From: Ptychomitrium polyphyllum
Taxonomy: Eukaryota
Reading direction: 5' to 3'
DNA: 64,000 nucleotides
Assembly (NCBI GenBank): GCA_973851085.1
Contig: OZ316776.1
Span: 11,904,001-11,968,000, forward strand
The translations under genes and the position numbers were made by a program. The stretch's first letter is position 1. Every line of letters begins with the position of its first letter. The notes below the pieces were generated by a model that saw nothing but the letters and a program-made list of their open reading frames with translations, was not told the DNA's origin and did not search any database. Shown one piece after another: positions 1 to 11,270 of this stretch.

Positions 1-1657
1 CATACCCTGACCCTCTTCGCCACCAGAGAAGGGCTATGTCACCAGCTCTAGTACTTAGTTCATTAAGGTTCTGATCAATTTCTGATTCATGTTTGGCAAC
101 AAGTGGTCTCAAAATTGCGTGATATACATAGGTTGTTCCCTGCAATACAACATTTCAGATCTAAGTGAGATCACCATATTCACCATTTACTTTTCACCTA
201 TCGTCAATGTACTACATCCTGCTGGACCAGGTCTGGTCATGAAGAACAAATCCAGGCTCCCATGGAAACAAGTCGTGACGTTAAAATGTCTTGGTCATAC
301 AAACCCATCGGTTGAGTACGTACTAACAAGCATGCATCGGGTACAACGGGGCGTACCATAGTTTTGGGATACCAAAGATAGATGATGAAGGCTAGTTTTG
401 CCTCACTGTACATAGGCACCCTGGAAAAATGGACGAGGGCCCACCAATGAAAAGTTAACTCAAAGTGAGACCATCGTCATAAGCTGCTACTGTTATTAAT
501 AATACCACTCACGATGTAACCTTAATTTCAATTCACATAATTGCAGAAAACAGCAAAACGATGTCTTGATTTCTTTACTAGTTGTAGGAGACTGCTTCCC
601 AACAAATCTCACTTAGCAATGAATACGACTCCAGACGACCTATAATACTCATCCAACGTCAAGAGTGCAACACATACATTATCTACTCAAGTGTCCGTGA
701 CTCGTGCAGAATAACAAACATATGGAGTACAGCAAAAATGCTCGTTAACTCGGTAATGATTTACATCAGCTAAAATAACATCTGAGTTCGAAGTAATAGA
801 AGCTCTATCAACAAAATTTTGTAAATCTTCTTGTAAAATACTAGAAGTACAGGTGAAGACAGTAGAGACGTACCAGGAAATAAAAACATCTCCCAGTCTT
901 TCAAAAACAGTCATCACTGCAAGTATCATCCTGCATTGAGTTGCGAAACCTCAGAATCAGATACGTTTAGGTGTCAGATAAAATACATTAATCGTGCAGC
1001 ACCAGATCAGTCTCGTCACAATACAACCGGTTGGACAATTCGATGAAACTGATAAGTATCATTTGGTATCCAACTACATATCCTGCATTGTCCTCACAGC
1101 TGATCAAGAAAGAACTGCAAGTCCATTACCACAGGTTATATTATATTTAAGCCTTGCCTAAAGCTGCTCGCGATGTAAGACAAGAGCACGCAGCTCGGAT
1201 AATTAAACAAGCTGATACCACAAGCACAAAAACCAACTCAGAGAGAAAATACTTACCAGTATTGGCACCAGAATCGCAGGTGCTCTAAGTCTGGATGTCT
1301 CATCTCCACTATCTTATAACATTCATAGGCTGGATAAACGTATCCAAGTGCCACGCTGCATTAATGCCAATCGCGTCACAACCAAGATCATCGACCACAC
1401 ATTTTGCTAAGACTTCGCAACAACAATTTTAGCATCCAGAATTCTCAAACTTCACAACTTCTCAGTCCCCATATGATGAGTCACTGCCTTCTCATTCACC
1501 TCATACCTTAGATTTGAAACCTCCTACGTATGTCCCACCAAGCATCTTCCAAAAGGATATCACCCAACCACGCGTACTCAATATTTCCACGAGTAAGAAA
1601 GCAAGAAAAAGAAGAAGTCCCTTACATGATTCCCCTTGTAATGAAGGATCCTACCAT
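1..1657 (-). CDS. HVA22-like / REEP (TB2/DP1) family protein, 5' part; 3' end lies beyond the window start
   Basis: Exons (minus) 1657-1626, 1355-1257, 930-874, 420-357, 139-<1, all with GT-AG junctions in phase. Spliced translation: [118 protein letters not shown]. It carries the TB2/DP1/HVA22 signatures [14 protein letters not shown] and [10 protein letters not shown]. Confidence 0.93.
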
Positions 1658-2760
1658 CTTGAACGCCTCACTCCACTTTACTCTATCTTGAATTTATATT
1701 CAGAGCCAGATTCATACAGCCTCAATCCTTCACACAACTTCTCCTGAGGGTAGCTGATATGTAAACTGCAAAACTATCATCACAAATCCCTTATATCGCA
1801 TCGCCTTCTGCCCTTCCTATCAAGAGCATCCCCAGCGTAGGCTGTTTGGGAACACAACGTCAAATTCGAGACCACTCTTCTCCAACCGCTTCAGAAAAGC
1901 GCCCCAGAACCATCCATTCCCAAAACTTCAAAGATTCCGCACCATGCACCACCAGCCTTGGAAAGCTTCACCCCCAACCTATCAATCCCAAACATCCACT
2001 ACGTCCTGAAAACCTCCAGTCTTCCCGCAACCTCACCGCAAACGACCATTCTAGAGAAAGACCACCACGACGCCTCGGGTCAATTCCAAAGCCCCCGTCT
2101 CGCTCACTCTCTCCTCCAAGGCTCCAACACGCTCTCCCACACACTACTGCGCAAACCAAAACACCGTCCGTCGCACTTCACCGGCGTGGAAACCCAGCAA
2201 TGGGTTATAACCTTCCACCTTCCTTGCACCGCACTGCGGGCAACGTCTTTCCACGGCAGAGAAACTCTTTCCCACTAAAAGCGCGTAAACCACAAAAACC
2301 CACATGTGAGATCGAGTTTCAAACGACGTGACCCCGCATGTCATCGCCTGCGACGATAGCGCCTCCCGAGGATTTTTCAGAGAATGCGAGTGCGGGAAAA
2401 CCAGTCGCGGCGCGGCGCGCCGCTCCCACCCCTCTCCCGACACTGCCGTAGGCCCTCCCTCACCCGCCACTGCCACCTGTCGCTCTCTCCGCGCCCTCCA
2501 TCGGCAGGCTTCGAACTCGGCCAACAGCTTCGACCAATGGGCGCTTTGTAGTGCAGAACTGACGCCGTTGGTTTTGTGATACTTCGAGTTCACATGTCGG
2601 CGTGGGGTATCTGGTGCCGGGTTTGGGTGCCGTGGAGTCAATCCGGGGGTTAGGAACACCGGGGTCTTCTGCTGACGTCATCGGAAGGGGTTGTTTGGCG
2701 GGTCTCGGCCGGGCGTTCCGGGTGTTTCCGGGTATCGTCTACATCAGAAGATCGTTCGAA
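1658..2760 (-). promoter_or_regulatory. GC/CpG-rich 5' UTR and promoter island of the HVA22-like gene, with ACGT-core motifs
   Basis: GC and CpG rise sharply relative to the AT-rich DNA beyond ~2800. There is a palindromic TGACGTCA at 2673-2680 and GACGTG near 2325. The TSS was not determined. Confidence 0.45.
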
Positions 2761-2934
2761 AAGAAACCTTATAGTCCCTTGATGCCTATCTGTTTGTCCG
2801 TCCCCACTTGTAAATTTACTTTATATTCTATGTTTACTTTTATATACAAAAACTTGCTTTACATATGACTGCGTTACATACCTGCTTTATATGGCTGCTA
2901 TCACTTCTTGAATGTGATAGCAATCATATTTAAT

Positions 2935-3350
2935 TTTTTGTCATTTTGACATTTTGTGATTGGATTTATCATACTAGATGTCATCTTGGCACCAAAATGA
3001 TACCATAGTAATACTAAAGTCATTTTAAAATCATTTTATAAATGATTTGAGGATGATATCAAATTGACATTGAATGGCATGCTATCAAATTGACATGAAT
3101 GTGTTTTAAATTAAAATGATGTTAATCTGAAATCAAAATGACATCTTGTTTGGTTTTAATATCACTTTGAAGTCCTTTTGATATCTTCTTTATCCATGTC
3201 ATTTTCATATTGTTTTGATATGGTTTCAATACAAGACAATTTGATGTCATTTTGGCATCATTTTAATTTCTAACATTTTATATCAAGATGATATTAAAGT
3301 TACAAGTTCTATATTGACATCATCTTGACATCATAAAACCAACGACATCA
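2935..3350. repeat. Cluster of degenerate GATGTCATTTT / AAAATGACATC motifs in both orientations (possible DNA-transposon subterminal repeat array)
   Basis: Ten or more variants, e.g. gtcattttgac ~2940, caaaatgata ~2993, aaattgacat ~3061 and ~3087, caaaatgacatc ~3134, atgtcatttt ~3196, gatgtcattttgg ~3243, ttgacatcatcttgacatcat ~3315. Confidence 0.5.
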
Positions 3351-6132
3351 GTTATGCACTACAAAACCACAAGTTTACAAATGCAATGAAATATACTGTA
3401 CAAGGTTTTATTACAATTTTATTTATAAACTATACTTCTACTAGGGTGAATTTTTTGACATAGTTAAAAATCTTTTAAAATAAAAAATTTATTATTTATA
3501 AGAGATTTATGACCACTAACTATTAAAAGATTATAAACAACTATGTACAATATTATTAACCATTAAACTCTTGTCACTTGTAGTTTAAACTAGGTAATTG
3601 GTAATAATGAATTTAGAATGGATGCAAATGGAATCATAAAGTGATGGTAATGAAAAGGATGGAAAGTTTAATTTAATTTAGGAAGAAAAATTGATGTAAA
3701 CACAAGCCTTTCAACAAACTTAGGTGATAATTTTTAAACTTTTAAAAAATAAAAGAATAATTTAATTAAAATATAATTAATTTATATACTACGATTGGAA
3801 CTTATGAAACGGAAACAAATTTTTTAATTAAAACCAAGATATAAGATTTGATAAGAGATTAATTTAGACTTTTTCACACCATTTCGACTTTAAAATTAAT
3901 ATTTTATCTTATACCATTTGCCATAATTAACTCTAATATGTTATCTAATTTATTTGAAAATAATTCCAGTATCATTTGATTTCATTCATTTAAAAAAAAA
4001 ATCAGCCTTGATTATTTTTAATGAAAGAATTAGTTTGAAATTGATTTAGGCTTACATTTTAGGATTTTTTATTGGATTAACATGAATTAAACTATAAGTA
4101 GGATGTATTATAATTATGAAATTTTGAATAAACATTGTAATCTATTAAAAAAATATATGTGTTTAGTCACTAAATTGTTTTATTAAAAATTTGTAGAAAG
4201 ATATTATTTTTTACAATAGTTCATCTTTTAGAAGTATAAAAATAGTGATTTTACGTACATGTACTACTTTGATTGTACATCTTAATTTTATTTTTATGTA
4301 AAAGAAATTGTAAATTGTTTTTGTTTAAATTTTTGATCCATTGTTGGATTATTTGAAATTAAATTTTATAACAATAATTTAACTTGTATTGTTTAAGATC
4401 TAAAAATTATATTTTTCCAAGTACGAAATCACTTCAAATAACATATTTTCTTTTATATATAATATACATGGCTGGCCAAAATTAATTATTTTATTATAAA
4501 ATCCAACTTTTTATTTTGTTAGTGGAATAAATTTGATGGCATGTTTATTTTTAAATATGTCTTTAATATAAAATTTAACTTTATGTAAGTTTCTTATTTG
4601 ATTATAAAAATAGCTTGCAATTAATATAGTCGTGTATCTTATTTAAATTGAAAAACGCTTGTAAATAAAAAATTGTTCTTCAATCACATTATATAAATTT
4701 ATTATCTAATATTTTGGACTGAATATATTTAAATAACTTGTCTATATCAAAGCTTAAAGTTTGGAAGAAGTATTAAAAGTGCCTAATTATATAGAATTGA
4801 TTTTTAAAAATAAAATCCAACATTATATATGATTTTTGCCAGATCATTGATGCAATGTATAATTAATATTAATAATAAAAAGTGCTTGGATATAAGTACT
4901 TGGATGTACAAAATTGGAATTTAAGTTCCAAGATCCAACTTTATATCCATGTATTATGTGGTTGTGAAGCAGTAAATAATAAATAGCATGTATGCTTTAA
5001 TTTGTAAAGTTTCTTATTTTTTTAATTGTTCAAAAACATGTAGCCAATGAGATGTCCATATTAAAGTACAAAACACCTTTTTAAAATGTAGTTGTAGTTT
5101 TTAACTCCATAGGAAGTTGTCAACAATATGTACTCTTAAAATAGAAGATACATTACTTATTTCTAATCTTATACACTTGTTTTTTATTCTAATTGAATGG
5201 AGTTGATGTATTCACTATAGCAAATAATTTTAGTTAGTTTTTGTTTAGTTGTTTATTGTTTATTTAATAGGAAGCAAAAACAAAATGCTTATTCAAACTA
5301 AAATGCATTTGGTTGTGTAAAAAAAAAAAGTTCATATTTAACAAGGATTAGTAAAAGAAGTATCAATTCAAAATAAACATGTATCAAATTGGTGTTTAAT
5401 TAATTTTTATCAAAAAATAGAATGCAACTTCGTACGGATTGAAGTAAGTAATTTGATAAAAATTTAAACATAAAGGTTAATCTTTAATTTGGAATTGATT
5501 TAAAATTAGTTTATTTTAATTTATTGAATGAAAATTCGGCCATTTTGGATGGATACTAATATTTTGGATTACCAATCCTTTTTATTATTGGATGAAAAGC
5601 ACTTTTGAGAATCAACATATCTCTAAATCTTTCAACCTTTTATTTTTTGAATTATTTAAATACAATATTTTAATTTTGACAAACATTTTATTTTACCATT
5701 TTTTGTGTATTGCTGTGTTTTATTTTTCAAATTAAAATCCTTTTGTACAAGCATATATATTATCATTGTGTGATATCTAATTTGTGAGTATAAAGACCGA
5801 GGAGAATGATTGCGGTTGTAGTCTTGACCTCTTGTTAGAGTAGTGTACTCGGTCTTTACACTCACAATTTTGAAGAAAAATTGAAGCATATCTACCTACA
5901 AAATAGACAAAAGCAACAAAAGCATTTTAGTACATCTAATTCTTAATGTCTTTTATAATTTTCATCCAAGATAAATATTAATATTATTTCAGTTCAAGAA
6001 ATTCTCCACTTTATTAGTTTTGATCCATTTCATCCTTTGTTCTTACAACATGAAGGAGTTTCCTCCATAAACTCATAACATTATGTTTCCAAAGCAAGGG
6101 ATTTAGAAGGAACATCCTATCAGTTCAGGTTA

Positions 6133-6184
6133 CTTCTGAAAGATTAGAACTGTTCTTCCTTCTGAAAGATTAGAACTGTTCTTT
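6133..6184. repeat. 26-bp tandem duplication
   Basis: cttctgaaagattagaactgttctt(c/t) occurs at 6133-6158 and 6159-6184. Confidence 0.85.
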
Positions 6185-6375
6185 CCTCTCCAGTATAAAG
6201 ACAGAGTACACTGCTCTGACAAGAGGTAGAGACTACAACCACAATCATTCTCCTCCCATGGCCACACCTCGAATACCATCAAAACCACTCTCCCCATTAG
6301 ACTTTGCTGGAACAGATCACTAACAACATTGCCCCCCCCCCCAATGGCGTGACAGCCGGGGGTCACCAGGAGTGC

Positions 6376-6440
6376 AACAGATCGGAGCAGAGCAGAACAG
6401 AACAGATCAGAACAGAACAGACCAGAACAGAACCGAACAG
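6376..6440. repeat. Degenerate (CAGAA)n pentanucleotide microsatellite
   Basis: aacagatcggagcagagcagaacagaacagatcagaacagaacagaccagaacagaaccgaacag. Confidence 0.8.
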
Positions 6441-7157
6441 CCCCACACCTGACAGAAATCTCACCTGATTGCGCCTCTCGGCGGCCTGTCTCATCCACCG
6501 TCACCTATCACCCCCCCCCCCCCCCCCAAGCCCCGGGTCCCCTTCCCGACGACCCCCAGACGGCGACCACGGGACGGGAGCGAGCGGGAGCGCGAGGGAA
6601 AGATGCGGGCAAGCGAGGCAGGAAGGAGGATGGAGGAAGGAGGAAGAACGCAGGGGCACTATTTCTGACACGACGTGACAGCGCCGCGCTCGGTCCGGGG
6701 GAGGCTCTTGTCGCCATTCTCCAGCGCCGGATCTCATCGCGCCCACAGTCGGCACCCATCGTAGTTGCGTCGCAGCCTCAATCAACTCACTTACTCCCGG
6801 ACGAGGGACTTGGTTGGTCTGGTGGAGCTTTCCGACGCCACGAATTCTTGTCTAGATTGTGACTTGGGCCCCCCTGGGCTAGGGTAGGATGCGATCCAGA
6901 CACCGCGGTGGGGGGGGGCGTCCAAGCGGGAGGAGGAAAAGGGCGATCTTGTCTTGCATATGGGCACGGTTGGGGTAGAACAGGACGGGAGGCAATCAAT
7001 TGAGTGTAGCTTTTTCTCGGTTCGGCGAGCCAAGCAGGTATGGACAATTTCTGGAGGTTTTCTTTTGGTGTTGGTTGGTTATTTCTATGGTGGACAGTTG
7101 TGTTGTGATGTGGTGAATTAGATTGGCGGAAGTCTTGTGTTTTGTTTGCTAATTCTA

Positions 7158-7271
<114 letters not shown>

Positions 7272-7696
7272 TTGGGTTTCTTAGGGAGTTAGTTGTGTAT
7301 GCAGGAAGTGGTTGACGTTGTGTGTGGAGTTTGTAAGAGAGTTGAAATCGTTGCTGTGTTGGAGTTTCTGTGGCCTGAAGTCGTGCTTGACTGATCGTAA
7401 GTGTGGAGAGTTTACAGCATTGGGTGTGAATTTCAAGTGCTTTGTGCAATGCTGTTGGTGGAGCGCGCTGGAGTGGGAGTGTGGTGGAGTTTTTGCGTGA
7501 ATGGGCAGTTGGGGGAAAGGTTGTGGTGCTCTGCAGGTGTGTAGGTTTAGTAGATGTGGTCTCTGATTCGTGGTCGAGTGCAGTTTGATTGTCTGGGAGG
7601 AGAAATTGACGCATTTCTGTTGTGGAGGGATGGAACATTTCGTAGTTGTCTTATGATTGTTCTGGATGTGTGATTCCGCAGGTTTTTGGAACGAAG

Positions 7697-8245
7697 ATGA
7701 CGAAGTACACAAGGCTAAGCTTCCACAGGCTTCTACCTATCTTTTCCTGGACCCGGCAGCAGCAGCAGCAACTGCCCACACGCAGTTTCCTACAGGTGGA
7801 AGTAATGCCTCCACACAAAGCCTTCTCTTCCGCCACGGAGCTCATCCTTTTCAAGGACGAAAATCCGCAAGAGCTGTCCTATACCAGCCTGCGCGACCTG
7901 CTGTCCTCAAATCGCCATGTCTGTGTCAACGTGAGGGAGAGCACATGTGATGGGATCAAGGAAGAGGACGAGCGCCCCGCTATCAAGAATCGTCTTGTGG
8001 AGCTCGCTGCTCGCGCTTACCTCCTACCCTCGCAGGCACAGGAAACCCCTGCAAACCAGTTCTTCTCGCGCCAATGGGCCAGGCTTTCCAGCAGGAATTG
8101 GCTCCAAAGCCCCGTACACGCCAACATCAACCTACAATCCAACGTGCCCTGCCTCCCGAGCCCACTCTGGGTGGACATCACTCGCGCCGTCTGCTCCTTG
8201 TTCAAGCTCAGCCACCTCAGGCCGCAGCCTGCTCTGCGCCTCTAA
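7697..8245 (+). CDS. Uncharacterised plant protein (~182 aa) with YTSLRDLL and IKNRLVELAARAYL motifs
   Basis: The ORF lies in a GC-rich island. Its ATG at 7697 is 15 nt after an acceptor (7681) of a 5' UTR intron whose donor is at 7038. The two motifs resemble a land-plant family of unknown function (YTSLKD...I(K/R)NRLV..AA.AYL), recalled from memory and not searched. Confidence 0.72.
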   Translation: MTKYTRLSFHRLLPIFSWTRQQQQQLPTRSFLQVEVMPPHKAFSSATELILFKDENPQELSYTSLRDLLSSNRHVCVNVRESTCDGIKEEDERPAIKNRLVELAARAYLLPSQAQETPANQFFSRQWARLSSRNWLQSPVHANINLQSNVPCLPSPLWVDITRAVCSLFKLSHLRPQPALRL

Positions 8246-10247
8246 TAAAATCAGTTATATCCCGGAGGAAGCGGCCTTTCCTGATTGGTGTTACTAGGTG
8301 CTGGTGCAGACATTCAGAAAAGATGTAAGGATCGGAGCATTCGATTAAGGACATAATGCATCGTGGGATATTTCAGCTGCATTCACTGCAGCAATTTGCT
8401 TACACGAAGGAGGAGACCGTTGCACGGTGTATACCGCGATGAATCCATCACTCCTAAAACTTCTTTTTCGTGTCTAGCATGCGAATGTGTACACTGTACA
8501 GGCGTTCGGATTGTATTTTGCCAGCAGGTGTTGTCTCATGTCATCTCATGTAAATTATTTTATGCAGGAATTTTCCCATTTTCTGCTAGCGTTCAGTTTT
8601 ACGAAGTCCTATTGCTGATGCATCTCGCTTGTGAATTAGGCAGTAGCCTATATAACAAGAAAGAGAGCTCAATTGTCATCGAGGCGGAGTGTTCTTTCGG
8701 CTACTCTCACATTGTGGGACCAAACAGTCGTATAGCACTGCTGCTTTTCCAATAAAATTTTCTACGGATTCCGTCCCTGCTCTACTCTGAGTTGCAGGAA
8801 CTTAACTCGAACGCTTTTTGTGTGGATCTGCATTTGTGTGATATATCATTTTTAATGATGTTTCCTGTGGAATTATACGTACCGTGGTGGTACTGACGTT
8901 CTGACCTTAGCTGCTTCTGTTAGAGAAGTTGTATGGAGTCCATGGATACTGTCCTCACTACCAGTAGTATACATGCAGTCAAATCACCGGCAATTTAGAA
9001 TGATTAAGTGCTTGTACAATGGTCTTGTTGAACTGACTACTCATGTCAGACGTTTCTTCAGAAATAGACAGAAATATTTCAACTTCCCAGGTACTCGCTA
9101 GATCATCAGCAGCCGAAGGAAGCGGAGCTGAGAAAATGCTGAACTCCTACTCGCTTGCTGCGTTTCCATTAGGCGATAGTCAGTAGATGCTTTGATTCTT
9201 TCCTTTACCTCCTAAAGAGTTTACACCAAACTCATTGAACTACTGGTCAGTGGCAGCGGATTCACGCTTGGGTGTCAGGAACATAACTTCATTCAATATT
9301 TGTTTTTGAAGCAAGTGCTCATTGCAGAAATCGTCTGGCAGTACAATTGCTAGTCACTGACAGCAGCTAGTTCTGAGTTACCCTAGTGCTAAGTGAATTA
9401 CTTACACAATGATGAACCGTAGCTTTGAGGAGTAGTGCAGATGAGCGACAACATAGTTATAGCCAAAAAGTTCGTAGACCACACACAGTTGAATGCAGCA
9501 GAGAATCTTCCTCATGTATGGTCTCTGCTCTGTTGGGGTATCTCAAGTGGGCTTGATGTCGCCCGCCGTATATCGGTGATGGTCACATCCAAACGCAAAA
9601 GAATTCAAGGAATCCCTCTCATTCTTGAATATTTATATGAACTGCGAGACTGGCAGGCGGCATCTGCAACTCGCAACCAGAAACAAGGGGCCCTAAACGC
9701 CGGAAGAGAATACTCAACCACTTGCGAGAGGAGGCGGGATTATTCGCTTCGCAAGAGCAGGAACGCACGCAGAGAGGCATGAAAAGGCTTGTCACGTCCA
9801 GCGTGGGTGTGCACCCACCACAGCACAGAGGAATCCGCGGCAACTTGGGCACTTTGGCAAAGGCGCCTGACGCCCGGGTGTTTATTTGCGGAGAAGCACG
9901 GCTGCAGCCTGAGGAGTGAGACGAGGACCCGGTGGCCCACCAGCGTACGAAATAGTAAAGAGGGGCAGCTCGGGGCAAAGGACGTGTTCCACATCGCGCC
10001 AACTGAGGATGCAGCGACTCTCAACCATGATTGTTGAGCCTGGAACGGGCATAGCCTGCACCATAGCCACGGCCATAGGACATGCGGGAGGCGCAACGGG
10101 GGGTCCGGAGTCGTTGAAGCATGGCATAGGCCGCGAGGAGCCGAGTTATTGCGTTTCTTTTGCTTTTTCGGACGGTTAACTGGAAGATTGATTGCGAGTG
10201 TAGTGTGGTTCTCGCTGCTGAAGAGCAGTGCTATCATCAAGGGGGAT

Positions 10248-10278
10248 CCATCATCATTATCATTATCATCATCATCAT
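10248..10278. repeat. (ATC/ATT)n short trinucleotide repeat upstream of the PRAF/RLD gene
   Basis: ccatcatcattatcattatcatcatcatcat. Confidence 0.7.
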
Positions 10279-11270
10279 GCGCCAATTGATTAGGCGGTGG
10301 GAGCGCGTTTTGCAGCAGCTCGCGTTTTGCAGTGGAGGAGATTGAAGAGCAGGGCCGCCTAGGGTTTGGATGACCGGATCTGGATTTCCCTCATCGTTGC
10401 GCATCGGTATTTTGAGTTCGCCGTGCGCTACGCTAAGCCAAGGTAGAATCGTATAAAGCCGTTAGTGTCGATGTAATGATGGTGGCGATGATGGTGGTGT
10501 GAGCGTTGAAGAAACAATAGCAGCAGGAGGAGGGGTGTTGGTTGGGGGTTTGAATTCTTGGGGTGAGGCAGTGGTGGTCCGAGGTTGCGGTAAATGAGAG
10601 GTGAGTGTTAGGGTTATTGGGTTTGTGGTAGAGGGGTGGTAGGATTGGTGCGCGTGGTGGTGGTTGGATGAGAGGGCAATGCAGCAGTGCGATCAAGGAC
10701 TACGTTCGGGGTCTCAGCTCGTCGGCATTCTGGCCGACGGAATGATTCTTCGGCGGTGTCATTCCGGCGTAGCAGCAGGTTACGAGAAGTTATTGTGTTG
10801 TGCGGGGATGGCTGACTTAATCCTTCAGATGGCTCATCTGGTGGGAAGATAAGCAGGCTACGCGTCCTGTTGTGATTTCTGGGGGTTCATCTTTCAAGAA
10901 GTTTTTTTTATGGCACTAATGATAGGTTATTGTTCCGCGTGTGGGTTCAGGGGATCCATTTCAGGAGCTCGTTGAGGTCGTAGTTGTAGAAAACGTCTAT
11001 TGTTCTCGAAAGCGTCTGAGATGTGAGGGCCCGAAGCATATGTAGCTGATTGATTAGTTCCATATCCACTGTACTATTAACAATGGCTACACAAGCTGTG
11101 CTGCTCCGCCAAATTTATGATGCTTTTTTGGAAAGTGGTGGAAAGGAATGGCTAAAGAGAATGACTATCAATGTGAACATCATTGAAGTTCCAGGACCAC
11201 TTGTATAATGCTTAGGTGCTGGACTAATTTTTTTGCAAGGACCAGCAGCTGTAGTCTTAGGTAGGAGGGG

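Noticed and set aside
1846..2868. Overlapping ORFs of 60-171 aa on both strands
   Set aside because: They lie in the GC-rich 5' UTR/promoter of the HVA22-like gene, are low complexity and have no recognisable domain.
9435..10852. Many overlapping ORFs upstream of the PRAF/RLD gene
   Set aside because: Expected by chance in a GC-rich promoter/leader. There is no domain or consistent splice structure.
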